Made by a program: the position numbers and the translations under genes. From the NCBI GenBank assembly GCA_036867785.1, contig CP145410.1:1364001-1428000 (forward strand): a DNA stretch of 64,000 bases, written 5' to 3'. Each line of letters starts with the position of its first letter. The first letter of the stretch is position 1. Source of the stretch: Plasmodiophora brassicae. Lineage: Eukaryota. The notes beneath the pieces are model-generated. The model had not been told where the DNA came from, made no database searches, and saw only the letters and a program-made list of their open reading frames with translations. Shown in pieces: positions 11,523-24,100 of this stretch.

Positions 11523-13492
11523 TCACGTGCGTACACCCTGGCGACCAGTAACAGCGAGGTCTTTGAACGCAACCGATTCAGCAATATCGCCGCTGAAGTA
11601 CGTGGTTGTCGACGGCAGCGCCTTGCGCTTCTGCACTTCAATGCCGGCCAGCTGGACAGCTTGCGCATGCCCTGCTGGCACCTTCGAATTGGCCACGCCG
11701 ATCATTTCGGCCTCCTGTTTCCTTGCTTCGGCCAGCGACACCGTGTTCTTGACCTCCTGCTCGGTCTGCATGCGAGACCCCTCCGCCTTGCCCTTGGCCT
11801 CGTTGATGATGCAGTAATACTCGGCATCGGACCTATGGTGAATTGAGCGTCAGGGCAGGCCCAGACCTTGCCCATATAAACTGCTGACTTCTTATTCGCC
11901 GAGTAGAAATTGGCTGTAGCGGGAGCAAATCAGGGAGACGCATGTGGACCAGAACGAGGTGACGTACCATCGGCCTCGCACTTCTGCTTTTCAGCCTCAA
12001 CCTGGGCCATTTGGAGTTTGCCCCGTTGAGCCTCGGTGGCGATATGGTTCTGGAGCTCGATCTGCGTGGCCTGGACTTGGTTGCGCAGGACCTGTTCAGC
12101 GATGTTCTCCAGGTCCCGGCCGAGGGCGCCTTCCAATTCCCGATCGAGGACATCGAATGATTCGACCAGGATACCGTACTGACGCGCCTGTTGAGCTAGA
12201 TCCGTCAGGCCGTCCTTCTTAAAGGCCTCGACCCATGGGATCGCATGCGATTCGACAGACTTGTCCAGCTTGTTGGCACGCATAAACTAAGGAGGCGGTC
12301 AACTGCTGATATGGGCATGCAAATAGGCAGCTGATCGAGGCAACCTGCTGATAGCTGAGTCGCGATACGACATTGTTGACCGCCGACTGCGCTGGGTTCG
12401 CCAGCGCCTGAAACGCATCATCATAGTCTAGCCAGGTCCCATGCGTCAGACATTGTTTCGTCATCGACAAACGCGGTTCCCAACTAGCTGTCAACTTCAG
12501 CGGGTCGACGACTTTGTAGCGAAGGTTGACGTTGAGGACAACGGGAACGCCTTCAATCGTGTACCTGTACGCATGCCAGCGTTTGAACGTCGATCAACGT
12601 GGGCACAGCACGACCAACGCGGGCAGGGTCTTGAACGTAAGCTGACGTTCGCCGAGCGAGTAGAAGCCTGCAAGCCGTTTATGAGTGGATGGGGCTTGAT
12701 GGGGGACCCTCCTGTACCTACATCGAAACGTCGTGTTCGGGTTCGTCAGGACGTGCTGTCCAGCCCCAAGAAGCAGCATCTTGTTGCCTCGTTGCAGAAT
12801 GACAACATTGTTGGCCGGGACGTTGAAGAAGGTCGCCACTGTTACCGACCCGGACGAACAGTCGGGCGGCGTGGTCTTCACTTCACGCTTCCAGCCAACG
12901 ATCCGGTTCGTACCCGGCTCCTTGACGGCACAATCGTCGCCCAGTTTCAGCGTGTCCACCAGCGCGATCACACGAAACCGCCCATACTTCCCGTACGCGA
13001 CGAACCCGCCGTTCCGAACGATAAACACTCCTGCATCATCCGTCACCATCAACTGGACGACCTGTCGCACCACAGCCACGTACGATTTTCAGGGTCCTGC
13101 AACGAATGAGACTTCTCGAAAGGAGCATGCGTCGCAATCGACGAACCTGGACAACGAGGGCCTCAGACTGCCCAGCCTGCGCCGCCGTCAGGCCTAATAC
13201 GTCGATCGGCTGGGTCAGGCTGCACAGGCGATCGAAATTATGACGGATTGACCTATGGGTTCGCACGCGTTAGCTCACTGACGGCCTGCACACAGCGAGA
13301 CGGTCGGGCAGACAGGTTCCAGTAGTTGCCTGATCTCATTGCGATCACTGGTCGGCCGTTGCGATTCCACACGGCCATCTGCCCCGGGCTGACGACGCGC
13401 CCCAGGATCGGCTTCGTTCCCTTGCGGCTTATCAAGTGGTAGTCGTGATTCTTTTTCATGCGCTCATCGAGCTCTTTCAGCGCGTCCGCCAT
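11523..13492 (-). CDS. SPFH/band-7 domain protein with C-terminal EA-rich coiled coil (flotillin/vacuolin-like), copy 2
   Basis: Multi-exon. MADALKELDERM..GRVVSPGQMAVWNRNGRP, QLTFKTLPA, YDDAFQALANPAQSAVNNVVSRLSY, YGILVESFDVLDRELEG, then AEKQKCEADA..EAKGKAEG coiled coil. Confidence 0.8.
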
Positions 13493-14024
13493 TGACGTTG
13501 TGACCTGCCGTCCCCAAATCAGCAGGCGAAGCAGAGCAACGACATCAGCGGCACCTCGACGAAATACGGGTGCAACTTCACGGCTGGCGGGACGGTCCTA
13601 TGCAAGGTGTCACACGCGACACACGGCAGACCGACGGTCGAACGATCCGGCGCACCAGTCGTCGGTGCCGTCAATCTTCTCCGAACGGATGTCCGGTTTC
13701 CATACCGCCGGCGCCTGCAGCACCATGGCCCCCGCGTCGAAACCGCCGACAGCGAACCCGACACCTCCCCCAGCCAATGGCCGACGGCAACGGCCTCTTC
13801 GTTGACCGCGCCCCTCAGGCCCAGCAAAAACGTCGCGTGGCTGCCTCGTCGCGCGTCCTGCCGCCCTCGTTCTCGCTCGTCCGTTTTCGAACAGCGTCGT
13901 TACAACATCGACGGCTACATGTTCGACTGTACCTGGGCCAGCAGTCCCATGCAGTCCGACTGTCCTGATTCGGTAGTCAACGGTAGTGCGGGACTGCGGA
14001 GGCCGGCGCGGGTGGTGGCGCGCG

Positions 14025-14447
14025 ATGGCGGACGCCGACGACGAGAGGCAGCTGCCCAAGACGACGGTCGGCAAGCTGTGCAAGACGCAGATGCCGGCCG
14101 GGATGCGCTGCGCGACCGAGACCCGCGACCTGCTGTCCAAGGCCGGCACCGAGTTCGTGCAGATGCTGGCGTCCGAGTGCCTCGAGATCGCCACGGCCGC
14201 CAAGAAGTCGAAGATCACCCGCGAACACCTGGAGCAGGCCTGCACGTCCATGGGGTTTGCCCACTACATACCCGATATACAGTCGGTCGGCGAGCAGGTC
14301 GACGAGGTCAAGGTCGAACGCGGCAAGAAATGGCAGTCGAGCAAGACGCCTGAGGAGCTGCTGGCGTCACAGAGGGCGCTGTTCGCCAAGGCGGCCGCCA
14401 ACAACCTCGCCCTGGATCACCCACCGTCTGCCCCGTCACCGGAATGA
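14025..14447 (+). CDS. DR1: Negative cofactor 2 beta subunit (Dr1/Ncb2), histone fold
   Basis: DDERQLPKTTVGKL..ETRDLL..TEFVQMLASE..KSKITREH..MGF and C-terminal PEELLASQRALFAKA match NC2beta. Confidence 0.85.
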   Translation: MADADDERQLPKTTVGKLCKTQMPAGMRCATETRDLLSKAGTEFVQMLASECLEIATAAKKSKITREHLEQACTSMGFAHYIPDIQSVGEQVDEVKVERGKKWQSSKTPEELLASQRALFAKAAANNLALDHPPSAPSPE

Positions 14448-14516
14448 ACACTGCCGCCGCGCGGCTCCAGACGATCGATCGACCCGTCGGTACCCATTTC
14501 GTATAACGTCGTAGGA

Positions 14517-15048
14517 ATGGCGGAAGCGGCGGCGTCGCCGACGCCCCATCCCGAATCGAAACTGGCGCCGGCGACGCCATCGCTCCCAGCGGGCGCATCG
14601 CCGCGCCCGGACGCCAAGGCCGACGCGCTGCAGGCGGCCGGCAGCGTCAAGACCGCCGAGCGCTGGCTGATCGACCGGATCGGCCAGGCGCCCAACACCG
14701 CCCTGGGCTGGTTCCGTGCCGGCGTCGGGTTCTACAACAAGCACCAGTTCGAGTACGCCATCGACTGCTTCCAGAAGAGCGTCGCGCTTGACCCGCTGAA
14801 CGTAAGCGGCGCCGCACGGCGCGCGACGTTATTCGTCAACCAATGGGCGCTGACGGTGTGTGTGTGCGTGTGTGTCGCCCCCTTAGTACAATGCATTCCA
14901 GATCATGGCCCGGGCCTGCATTGCCGTGAACCGCCGCGAGGACGCCATCGAGGCGCTCCGACAATCGGTGAAGCTGGACAACCCGTCCGACTGGCAGCTG
15001 CTCGTCGAGCTCACCAGCAACCACGAGGCGTCGGCCAACCCGCCGTGA
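14517..15048 (+). CDS. Small TPR-repeat protein, two exons
   Basis: ALGWFRAGVGFYNKHQFEYAIDCFQKSVALDPLN, then an intron (GTAAGC..CCTTAG), then YNAFQIMARACIAVNRREDAIEALRQSVKLD. Confidence 0.8.
14856..14875. repeat. Imperfect (GT)n microsatellite in the TPR gene intron; a (CA)n tract lies at ~15064-15075
   Basis: gtgtgtgtgtgcgtgtgtgt is read directly from the sequence. Confidence 0.7.
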
Positions 15049-15111
15049 GCACAGGCACAGCATACACACACACACGCGCGCAGACCGACAGGAACGAGTT
15101 CATTGCATCGA

Positions 15112-18100
15112 TCATTCGGTTTCGGTCTCGTCGTCGTCGTCGTCGTTGGCGGGCGCCAGCGAGCGCCGCGAGACGACGCTCTCGGTGAAGGCGTCGGCGT
15201 TGGCCTCGGCCAGGTTCCTGTTCAGCGCCTGGATGCTCATGGCGTGCCGGGCGCTGGGGGCGACCTCCTTGCCGCCGTAGTCGACGTCGCCCTGCAGGAC
15301 GTCCTCGTCGGGCGACACCGAGTGCACCACCTGCTGGTTGTACAGCGGGTTCACCGACTGGCGCTCGCGGGCCATCGCCAACGACATCTTGTCGGCCATC
15401 TTGAGCGGCTTGCTCTTCTTCCTCGACTTGCGCGCCAGGGCGGCGACCGACGCGGACGCGCCGAACTGGGCGGCCACGTTCTGCTCGACGTAGACGGGTT
15501 CGGGTTTCTCTGGGCGCGCCAGGCGCGGGCAGAGCGTCTTGCGCAGGAACAGGGCGGCCTGCGCGAAGAAGAACGCCATCAGCAGGACGGTGAACGCGAT
15601 CAGGACGACCGAGATGACGATGTCCATCAGCGTGTCGATCGAGTTGTTGGCGATGAACGTGTAGGCGGCGACCATGTAGAGGAAGATGCCGATCTGGACG
15701 AGCAGGTGCAGGCGGTCGTCGCCCTTGCGCTGGTACGGGTTCATCGCCAGGATCACCATCGTGTACAGGACCGTGACGCCCATGCCAACGGGGATGTTGT
15801 ACGACCGCCCGAAGAAGGGCAGCAGCGACGTCAGGAACAGCTTGTGGGCCGTGTCGACAATGTCGAACCACCACATGCGCGGCGAGAACGCGTCGTACAG
15901 GAACCCGACCTGGGCCTTGATGCCCGGCTCGAACAGGCGGTGCCGGACGCGCCAGATCGCCCAGATGAAGAACAGGGGGACGCCGACCGGGTACAGGGCG
16001 ATGAACAGCGGGCTGATCTTGGCCCAGGCGTACCAGGTCGGCGTGTAGCACTGCGTCTGCATGTCGGACAGCATGTACGAGACGCCCTCGACGTCGACGC
16101 AGACGAACTGGCGCAGGATGATCGACGACGTGCCCGGGTAGAACAGGAACAGGAGGAACAGGACCATGCGCCAGTATCGGCGCCGGGATCGCTTCCTGGC
16201 CGGGCGGTCGCGACCAGCGCAGACCTGGCGCGGCAGCAGGTACCCGAGCGTGATGCCGAGGACGCTGGCGATCGGCGTGACGACGGCGCTGATCAGCGTC
16301 GTGTAGTACGACGTGGCGAACACGCACCCGATCATGGTGACGCCGGTCAGGTCGAAGTTGAAGGGCGTGAAGTACGACAGGAAGATCTTGTACTGGGGCG
16401 GCCAGGGCACGTCGAGCGACGACGACAGGTTCGTCGTGATCTGGAAGAACCCGAGCAGGATCTTCATCTTGAACATGAAGTTGGGAGGGGCGACCAGCTC
16501 GATGCGCCTGTCGACGGCGGCCGGCGGCCTGGCCACGCCCGGGCCGGCGGCCTGCTGCTGCGCCAGGACGGACCCGGTCGTCGACTGCTCGACGAGCGAC
16601 GACGCCAGGTCGGACGACTGGGCCCGCGCGTGCAGGTTCTGCCCCAAGGCCGCCTGCTTCTCCCGGCGCATCAGGTCGGACCCGGCGCGAACCATCAGGT
16701 ACAGCTGCAGGAGGACGATGGCGACGACGAGAGTGACCAGGCAGACGAACGTGATGATGGAGAAGGCGCGCGCCGGGCACGGCAGGCACTGGTTGCCCCA
16801 GGTGGACTGGTATCCGGGGATGCACTGGGCGCACAGCGGCCCCTGCCGGTTGTTCAGGCACTGCCCGTCCAGCGTCTGCGTCTCGGGGCAGTCCGTCTGG
16901 AACTTGCACCGGTAGAACTGGCCCGACTGTGTGCGCCAGAACCCTTGCAGGGCGAACATGGTCGAGTTCGTCGTGCCGGGCGCCGTGCAGTCGGCGCCCA
17001 GCGGGCACGCGTAGCACGCGCCGTCCAGCATGTAGAAGCCGGGGGCGCACAGGCACAGGTCGTGCGTCGGGTTCGGGAACGCGGACGTCGGGCACGACGA
17101 GCAGACCGTGGTCGATCCGGTCGTGGCGACCAGCCCCGGGCCGCACATCGAGCAGGTCGCCGACCCGGGCGGCGCGAACTCGCCCGTCGAGCACGCCAGG
17201 CACCCGGTGCGGTTCGCGTTCGAGTACGTGCCGCCGGGGCAGTACAGGCACGCGCGGCCGTCCGGCGACGAGTACTGCCCGCCGAGGCACACCGGGCACG
17301 TGTCCTGCCCCGGCAGCGGCTGGCCCGTGCCCGGCGCACACGTCGTGCACGTCGTCGCGCCGGTCGTGCCGTTGTACGTGCCCGGCGGGCACGCCGTACA
17401 GTTGCTGGCGGCGAACGTCGTCGAGAAGGAGCCCGTTGGGCACAGGTCGCATTCCTTGCTGCCGGCGCCCGACGTGTAATTGCCAGGGCCGCAGGCGACG
17501 CAGGACAGCGACCCGGGGTTGGCCTGGGCGGTGCCCGGCGGGCACACCAGGCACGGGTACGGGTGCGCGTCGTCCGTGTCGTTGACGGGCGGCTTGTGGT
17601 ACCCGGCCGGGCACTGGTAGCACTGCTGGGAGCCGGGCTGCGACGTCGAGTGCCCCGGCCCGCACGACCGGCACGCCGTCGACGAGATGTTCGTCTGGTA
17701 CTTGCCGATCGGGCACAGGGCGCAGGCGGACGCGCCGCCCAGCGAGAACTCGCCGACGCCGCACGGCGCACAGGCGCTGGCGCCCTGGTGGTCGCTGAAG
17801 AACCCGGGCGGGCACGGGCGGCACGACATCTGCCCGGGCACGTCCTGGAACGTGCCCGGGCCGCAGAACGTACAGTTGCCCGCCCCGCTGCCGAACCGGC
17901 CGATCGGGCAGTCCTCGCAGCTGGGCTGACCAGGCAGCGGTTGGCGCTGGCCACGACCGCACGGCAGGCAGTACTGCTGCTGCTCGTGGCTCTGGTACGT
18001 TCCCGACGGGCACAGCGTGCACGAGGTCGACCCCTGCAACATGGGCGTGTTAAACCGGACGGGCACCTGTGCACCGAGACAGCGTTGCCGACGTACGGGC

Positions 18101-21100
18101 GTGCTCGAGAATCGTCCCGGCGGGCAGTTACTGCAAGGGCCCTTGGAGCCCGACGTCGACAGGAACGTGCCCGGCTGGCACGCCGTGCACTTCGTCGAGC
18201 CCGCCGCCGTCGAGTACGTGCCCGGGGCGCACGACGAGCACGCCAGCGACCCGGTCGTGTTCGCGAACGTGCCCGGGTCGCAGCTCGGGCAGGCGCTGAG
18301 GCCGATCGAGTTCGCGAACGCGCCCTTGGGGCAGAGCGTGCACGTCGGCTGCCCGGTGGCGCCGTTGTACGTGCCCAGGGGGCAGAGCGTGCACGGCCCC
18401 GACGACGACATGTTCCCGTTGAACGTGGTGACCGGACACGGCTGGCACTGGGACGACCCGGGCGCGTCCGCGTAGTGCCCAGGCAGGCACGCCGAGCAGG
18501 ACGCCTGCCCGGGCTGGCTCTGGGCGGTCCCCGGCGGGCACGCCAGGCTGGCGTTGGCGCCCTGCGCCGACACGTACCGTCCGATAATCGCTTGCGTGCA
18601 GGACGTGGCGCCGGGCGCGGCACTGTACGTGCCCTGGGCGCACGGCTGGCAGGTGGCCATGCCGGCGCTCGAGTAGCGCCCAGCCGGGCACTGCAGGCAC
18701 GACGATGAGTTCCACTGGGGCTGGTACGTGCCCGCCGGGCACTGCTGGCAGCCCGTCTGACGGGACGCCGGCTGCCACTGCCCCGGCTGGCACTTCATCG
18801 GGGCGGTGCTGTGGATGCTGTTGACGTAGTAGCCGGGCGGCGCCGGCACGCACGCACTGGCCGGGTCGGACGCGCCGCGGTAGAACCCAATGTCGCAGGC
18901 GGTGCACACGGAGCTGGCGTTCGCCGTGCTGACGTACCCGGGGGCGCACGACGTGCACGCCGAGGCCCCCTGCAGGCTGTACGTACCGACGGGGCAGGAC
19001 GCCGTGCACGACGTCGCGCCCGACCGCGGGTTCACGTACCCGGGCGGGCACGGCACACACGCCGACAGGCCGGTGACGGACGCGTACGACCCCGGGGCGC
19101 AGGGCGCGCATCTCGTCAGGCCCGGCGACGCCTGGGCGGTCCCGACCGGGCAATCGTAGCACTGCGTCAGGCCGGTCGCGTTCCCGAACGACCCGGGCGC
19201 GCACGGCAGGCAGGCGCTCTGCCCGGCCAGCGGCGCGAAGTTGCCAATGTCACACGGCAGGCACTGCGTCTGCCCGGCCTGGTCCTGGTACTGGCCCGCC
19301 GGGCACGACGTGCACACCGCGTTGCCCGTGCTGTTCGCGAACGTGCCCGCCGGGCACGGCTGGCAGGTCGACTGTGCATGTGACGACGAGAACGTCCTGC
19401 AGGACACGCGGGGTCAGCAACCCGGCGATGGCCATCACGCGCAGGGCGGCGCGGACGCACCCGGCGGGGCAGGCGGTGCACGATTTCGATTTCGTGCCGG
19501 ACGCGTACTGCCCGGGCGGACACGCTGTGCAACTGGCGCCGTTCGGCGACGGGTTCGCGTACCCGACCGGGCAGTCGATGCAGATCGGCTGGCCCGGCGA
19601 GTCCTGGTACGTGCCCGCGTCGCAGGGCTGGCACGACGACTGGCCCGGGCTGCTCTGGAACGTGCCCCGGTCGCAGGCGGTGCAATTCTGGTACCCGCTC
19701 GCCGGGCTGTACGTGCCCGTGCCGCAGATCTGGCACGCCACCTGCCCGTACGACGACGTATAGTTGCCGGCTGGGCAATCCTGGCACCCGGTCTGCCCCG
19801 GGTACGGGTTGTACCTGATCCAGCAACCACGCCGCTCATGAGAGGACCGCGTACAGACGACGTTGCCGGGGCAAACGGGATCGTATTTACCGTCCAGGTT
19901 GGCACTGAGTGCACGCGGTCTGCCCCTTGCTGCTGGAGAAGGTGCCGGCCGGGCACGTCGCCAGGCACTCGATGGTGCCCGGGTTCGGCGCGTACTTCCC
20001 GATCGCGCACGACGCGCACGACGTCGCCCCGGCCGCGTTGCTGTAGGAGCCGGCCGGGCACTGCAGGCAGGTCGTGTTGCCCGATCCCGGCTGGTAGGTG
20101 CCCTGCGGGCATGGCGTGCACGACCCTTGGCCGGGCGCCGAGCTGTGCGCAGGTGCGATCAGTGGCGAGGGTCGGCGCGCGCATACGTGGACCTCGACGA
20201 TTCGCACCTGAACTTGCCGGGCGCGCAGGACAGGCACGCGTCCGAGAAGATGGACTGGTCGCTGTACGACCCCGCGTCGCACTTCTTGCACGTCGGCTGG
20301 TTCGTCGAGCTCGTGAACGTTCCACTAAGGCAGGCCGTACTGACCGGGGGCGCGCCGGCACCGTGTCAGCCAACGGGGGTGCGGCGCACGCGCGCGTCAC
20401 GCCCAGTACGTACCAGGCCACTTGGCCGGTCTGGCTCTGCGCGTACCCGACGCCGCACGACTGGCAGGATACCGCATTCGACGCGCTCGACGCCGTCCCC
20501 GTCGGGCACGGCAGGCACGTCGACGACTTCTGGTTCGGCGCGTACGTCCCAGCGCTACACGACGTGCACGACGTCGACCCTGCCAGACGCTCTCGTCAGA
20601 TAGGTTCGCCGCACAGTGGGTGTGCGATACGACCAACCTTGCAGATTGGCGAAGGTGCCGTTTGTGCAGGGCGGGCACGCCGACTGCCCTGCCTTAATCG
20701 TGGCCGTGCCCTTGTCACAGAGGGCGCACGATGTCGACCCGGTCCTGGACGCGTACGACCCTGGCTGGCACGCCTGACACGACGTCTGGTTGGCGTACGG
20801 GTTCGCCGTCCCTGTTGCCAGCCTGGGTCAGGCGATCTGGGCGGGCGACAGTGTTTGATCGAACCTAGTGGGCATTGCGCACAGGACGTCGCCGCGCCCT
20901 CGACGTTGGCCGGCGAGACGGCATAGGTGCCCGGGGCGCAGGTCGCACACGACGTCGCCAGGGTCTGGTTGTTCCAGGATCCCGGCGGGCACGGCATGCA
21001 CGACAGGACGCCGGCCGTGTTCGTGTAGTACCCGGCCTGGCACGGCACGCACGCCACCTGCCGCGCCGCACCTTCGGCGTAGCCGGGCGCACACGGCACG

Positions 21101-24100
21101 TAGGAGACGAGCAGGGAGTTCGTGCTGACCTGCCCGCCGCCCTGCATCAGGAAGACGGCCAGTTGCAGGCCGGACGTCGACGGCAGCTTGCAGGTGACCT
21201 TCTGGTCGGGCGTGACCGTGTCGTGCACGACGTTCGTGCACGTGTACTCGCCGACGAACACGACCGCGCTGGCCTGCCCGAAGTACATGCCCGTGATGGT
21301 GACCAGCGGGTGGGACGTCCTCGAGCAGTCGACGACGGCGGTGGACGGCGACGAAGACCCGCACCCGGTGATCGTGGCGAGGACCGGCGCCTTGTACGAC
21401 ACCAGGTTGACGTTCAGCGATTCGAGGACGCCCGTGCTGACGTGCACGGGGACGGGCGCGCCGACACCGGCAGGAAGCTGACAGGTGATGCGCGTCGACG
21501 AGACGATCGACAGGATCGGGCACAGGCTGCCGCCGACCACGACGGACATGGACGTCAGTGTGAACGACGTCCCCGTCACCGTCATCGTGCTGCCGCCGAC
21601 GGTCGGGCAGTTGATCGTCGTGTTGCCAACGTCGGTGCAGCCGGACACGCCGGTGACCGTCGGCGGCACCGGGTACGAGAACGTGTCCGTGCCGGGCGCC
21701 GACGCCTGGTTGCCGACGGTGACGACGAACACCCAGACGCCCGTGCCCTTCGTCGACACGCAGCTGACGTTGCTGGACGACGCGCCGACCTTCAGCTGCA
21801 CCTGGGAGCATGGCAGCGACGACGCGCCGCCGCCCGGCGGCACCATCGTGACGGTGAGGTCGGCGGCGTTCGCCCCCGTGTTGTTCACCGAGAACTGAAT
21901 GTACTGGCCGATCGAGACCGTCGCCAGCAGCGACGTGGACGCTGGCGACGTCGCGCCGCCCCGAAGGGTGCCCGGCAGGATGTAGGGCGGCGCGTACGAC
22001 ACCGTCTGCGTGCTCGCCACCGATTGCAACGTCAGCTGCGCCGACATGTACCTGTCGGCCTGGACCACGTACGACTTGCCGATGCCGGCCGCCGTCGTGC
22101 ACTTCACGGTCGTGGTCGTTGCCGACGTCGTCGCGCACGAGTACTTGGTCGGCGTACCCGCCGGCCCGTACGTGATGATGTTGTTCGATGCGGTCGACGA
22201 GTCGAAGCCGACGCCCGTGATCGTCAGCGTCGTGCCTCCGGCGACGGGGACAGTGTTGCAGTCGCCGTTCGAACACGACAACGACGTGATGGATGGGCCC
22301 GCGAACGACACCAGCGCGGCCGCCGCGCTGGATTGCTGGTTGACATTGACGACGACGTTCAGGTTGGAGAAGACGGCTTGCGACCAGGGCAACAGAACGC
22401 AGGTGGCCGTTGTCTGCGTCTGCGTCTTCAGGTAGCAGGGCGCCGACCCCACCGTCACCGAGGCGCCGCTGGCGGCGAAGTTCGTCCCAGTCACCGTGAT
22501 GGTGACGTTCGTCCCGAACGGGCACAGGGTGACCGCGCTGCCCGACTGAGTGCACGCCGTGCTCGACACGCTCGACACGGTCGGCGCTGCGTACGCGAAC
22601 GCTTTGGAGGTGCTGGTCTGCCCCGACACGACCACGTAGACGGGCGCCTGCTTGCCCGATCCGGCCGGCATCGTACAGGTCACCTGCAGGTGCGGCACCT
22701 GGATCGAGACGGGCGAGCACGATACGCCGCCCTGTTGAGCGGTGGCACCGCCCACCATCACCGAGATCGCGCCGCCGCTGGCGCCAAAGTTCGTCCCGAC
22801 AACCGTTAACGGGTACCCACCGGCCGTCCCGGGCGAATTCGCCCCCGTGCTCAGCGACGTGATCGTGGGCGCCGCGAACCTGTTTCCACCCATCAACGAA
22901 CGCGGGCGACAGGCATCACGCGTTCCCCCCGGGTATACGTACGAGAAAGCGCTGAGCAACGTGAACGTCGGGCTGTTGCCGACGGTGATGGAGACGTTGA
23001 GGTTGGCGCCGGTGCCGTTCGCGGGTCGACATTCCACGTTGGAGTGCGAGTAGACGCCATAGCCGGCGCAGGGCACGCCGGCGACCCTGACGGTGCCGCT
23101 GAGGCCGAACGACGAACCGGAGAGCGTCACCGTTGTCGGGTTCTGCGTCGAGAACCCGCCGGTCGGCGTGATCGACTGGATCGTCGGCGCCAGGAAGCCG
23201 AACTGCGACGCGGCCCCTGTCGCACTCGACTGGCCGTCCACCGTCACCACGAAGTACAGGAGGGCGCCCTGGCCCGGCGACAGGTAGCACATCAGCTGGG
23301 TCTGCGTCGACCCGGGCTGAAGGACGCACGGCCACGACGCCGACGCGCCGTCGGTCAGGACGACGGATCGAGGCGGCTGCACGACGGCCGACCCGAAGTT
23401 CTTGCCCTTGATGGTGATCGTCACGCCGACCGCGTCCGTGGTCGCCGACGTCGGCGACACTTGGGTGACGACAGGCGCCTGGTAGTTCACGACGACCTGG
23501 CCGTTGCTGGCGGTCTGCTGCGCGATCGAAACGACGACGGATTTGGACAGGCCGGACCCTTCGCCGACGACGCAGGTCAGCATCGTGCTGTTCACGAACG
23601 TCAACGACGTCGTGCAGGCCGCGCCGCCGATCGTGATGGAGAACGTGCCCGAGTACCCGACGCCAAAGTCGGTGCCGATGACGGAGACAGCGCCGCCGAC
23701 GGTCGGCAGGGTGGCCGGTACGATCTTGGTGAGCGTTGGCGCCGCGTACGCCACCGCCAGGGCGGCGCTGGCAACGCCGGCGACCGATACAGTGACGGGT
23801 GCGGCGGCGCCCTGGCCGTCCGGCGACTTGCAGGTCAGGTACGTGTGGTTGTGGCTGATCGACGTGCACAGGCACTGGCCAGGCGGGACCTGCATCGACG
23901 ACGCGCATTGCGTCCCGATCGCCACGACGATCGCGCTGGACGCCGACCCGAAGTTCGTCCCCAGCAGCGTCACCGTCTGCTGCCCGGTGGTCTTCAACGT
24001 CGGCCCGGGCAGGATCACCTTGGACAACGTTGGCCCTTGGTAGTAGTAGACGAACCCGTTGCTGGACAGGCCGTCGCGCTGCACGAACAGGGAGAACGAC

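Noticed and set aside
13570-13968. Short ORFs between SPFH copy 2 and NC2beta
   Set aside because: No recognisable motif; could be promoter or UTR sequence.
16900-21100. Repetitive DNA that might be a CRISPR or tandem array
   Set aside because: The repeats are degenerate protein-level Cys-rich units; there are no identical repeats with spacers and no cas genes.
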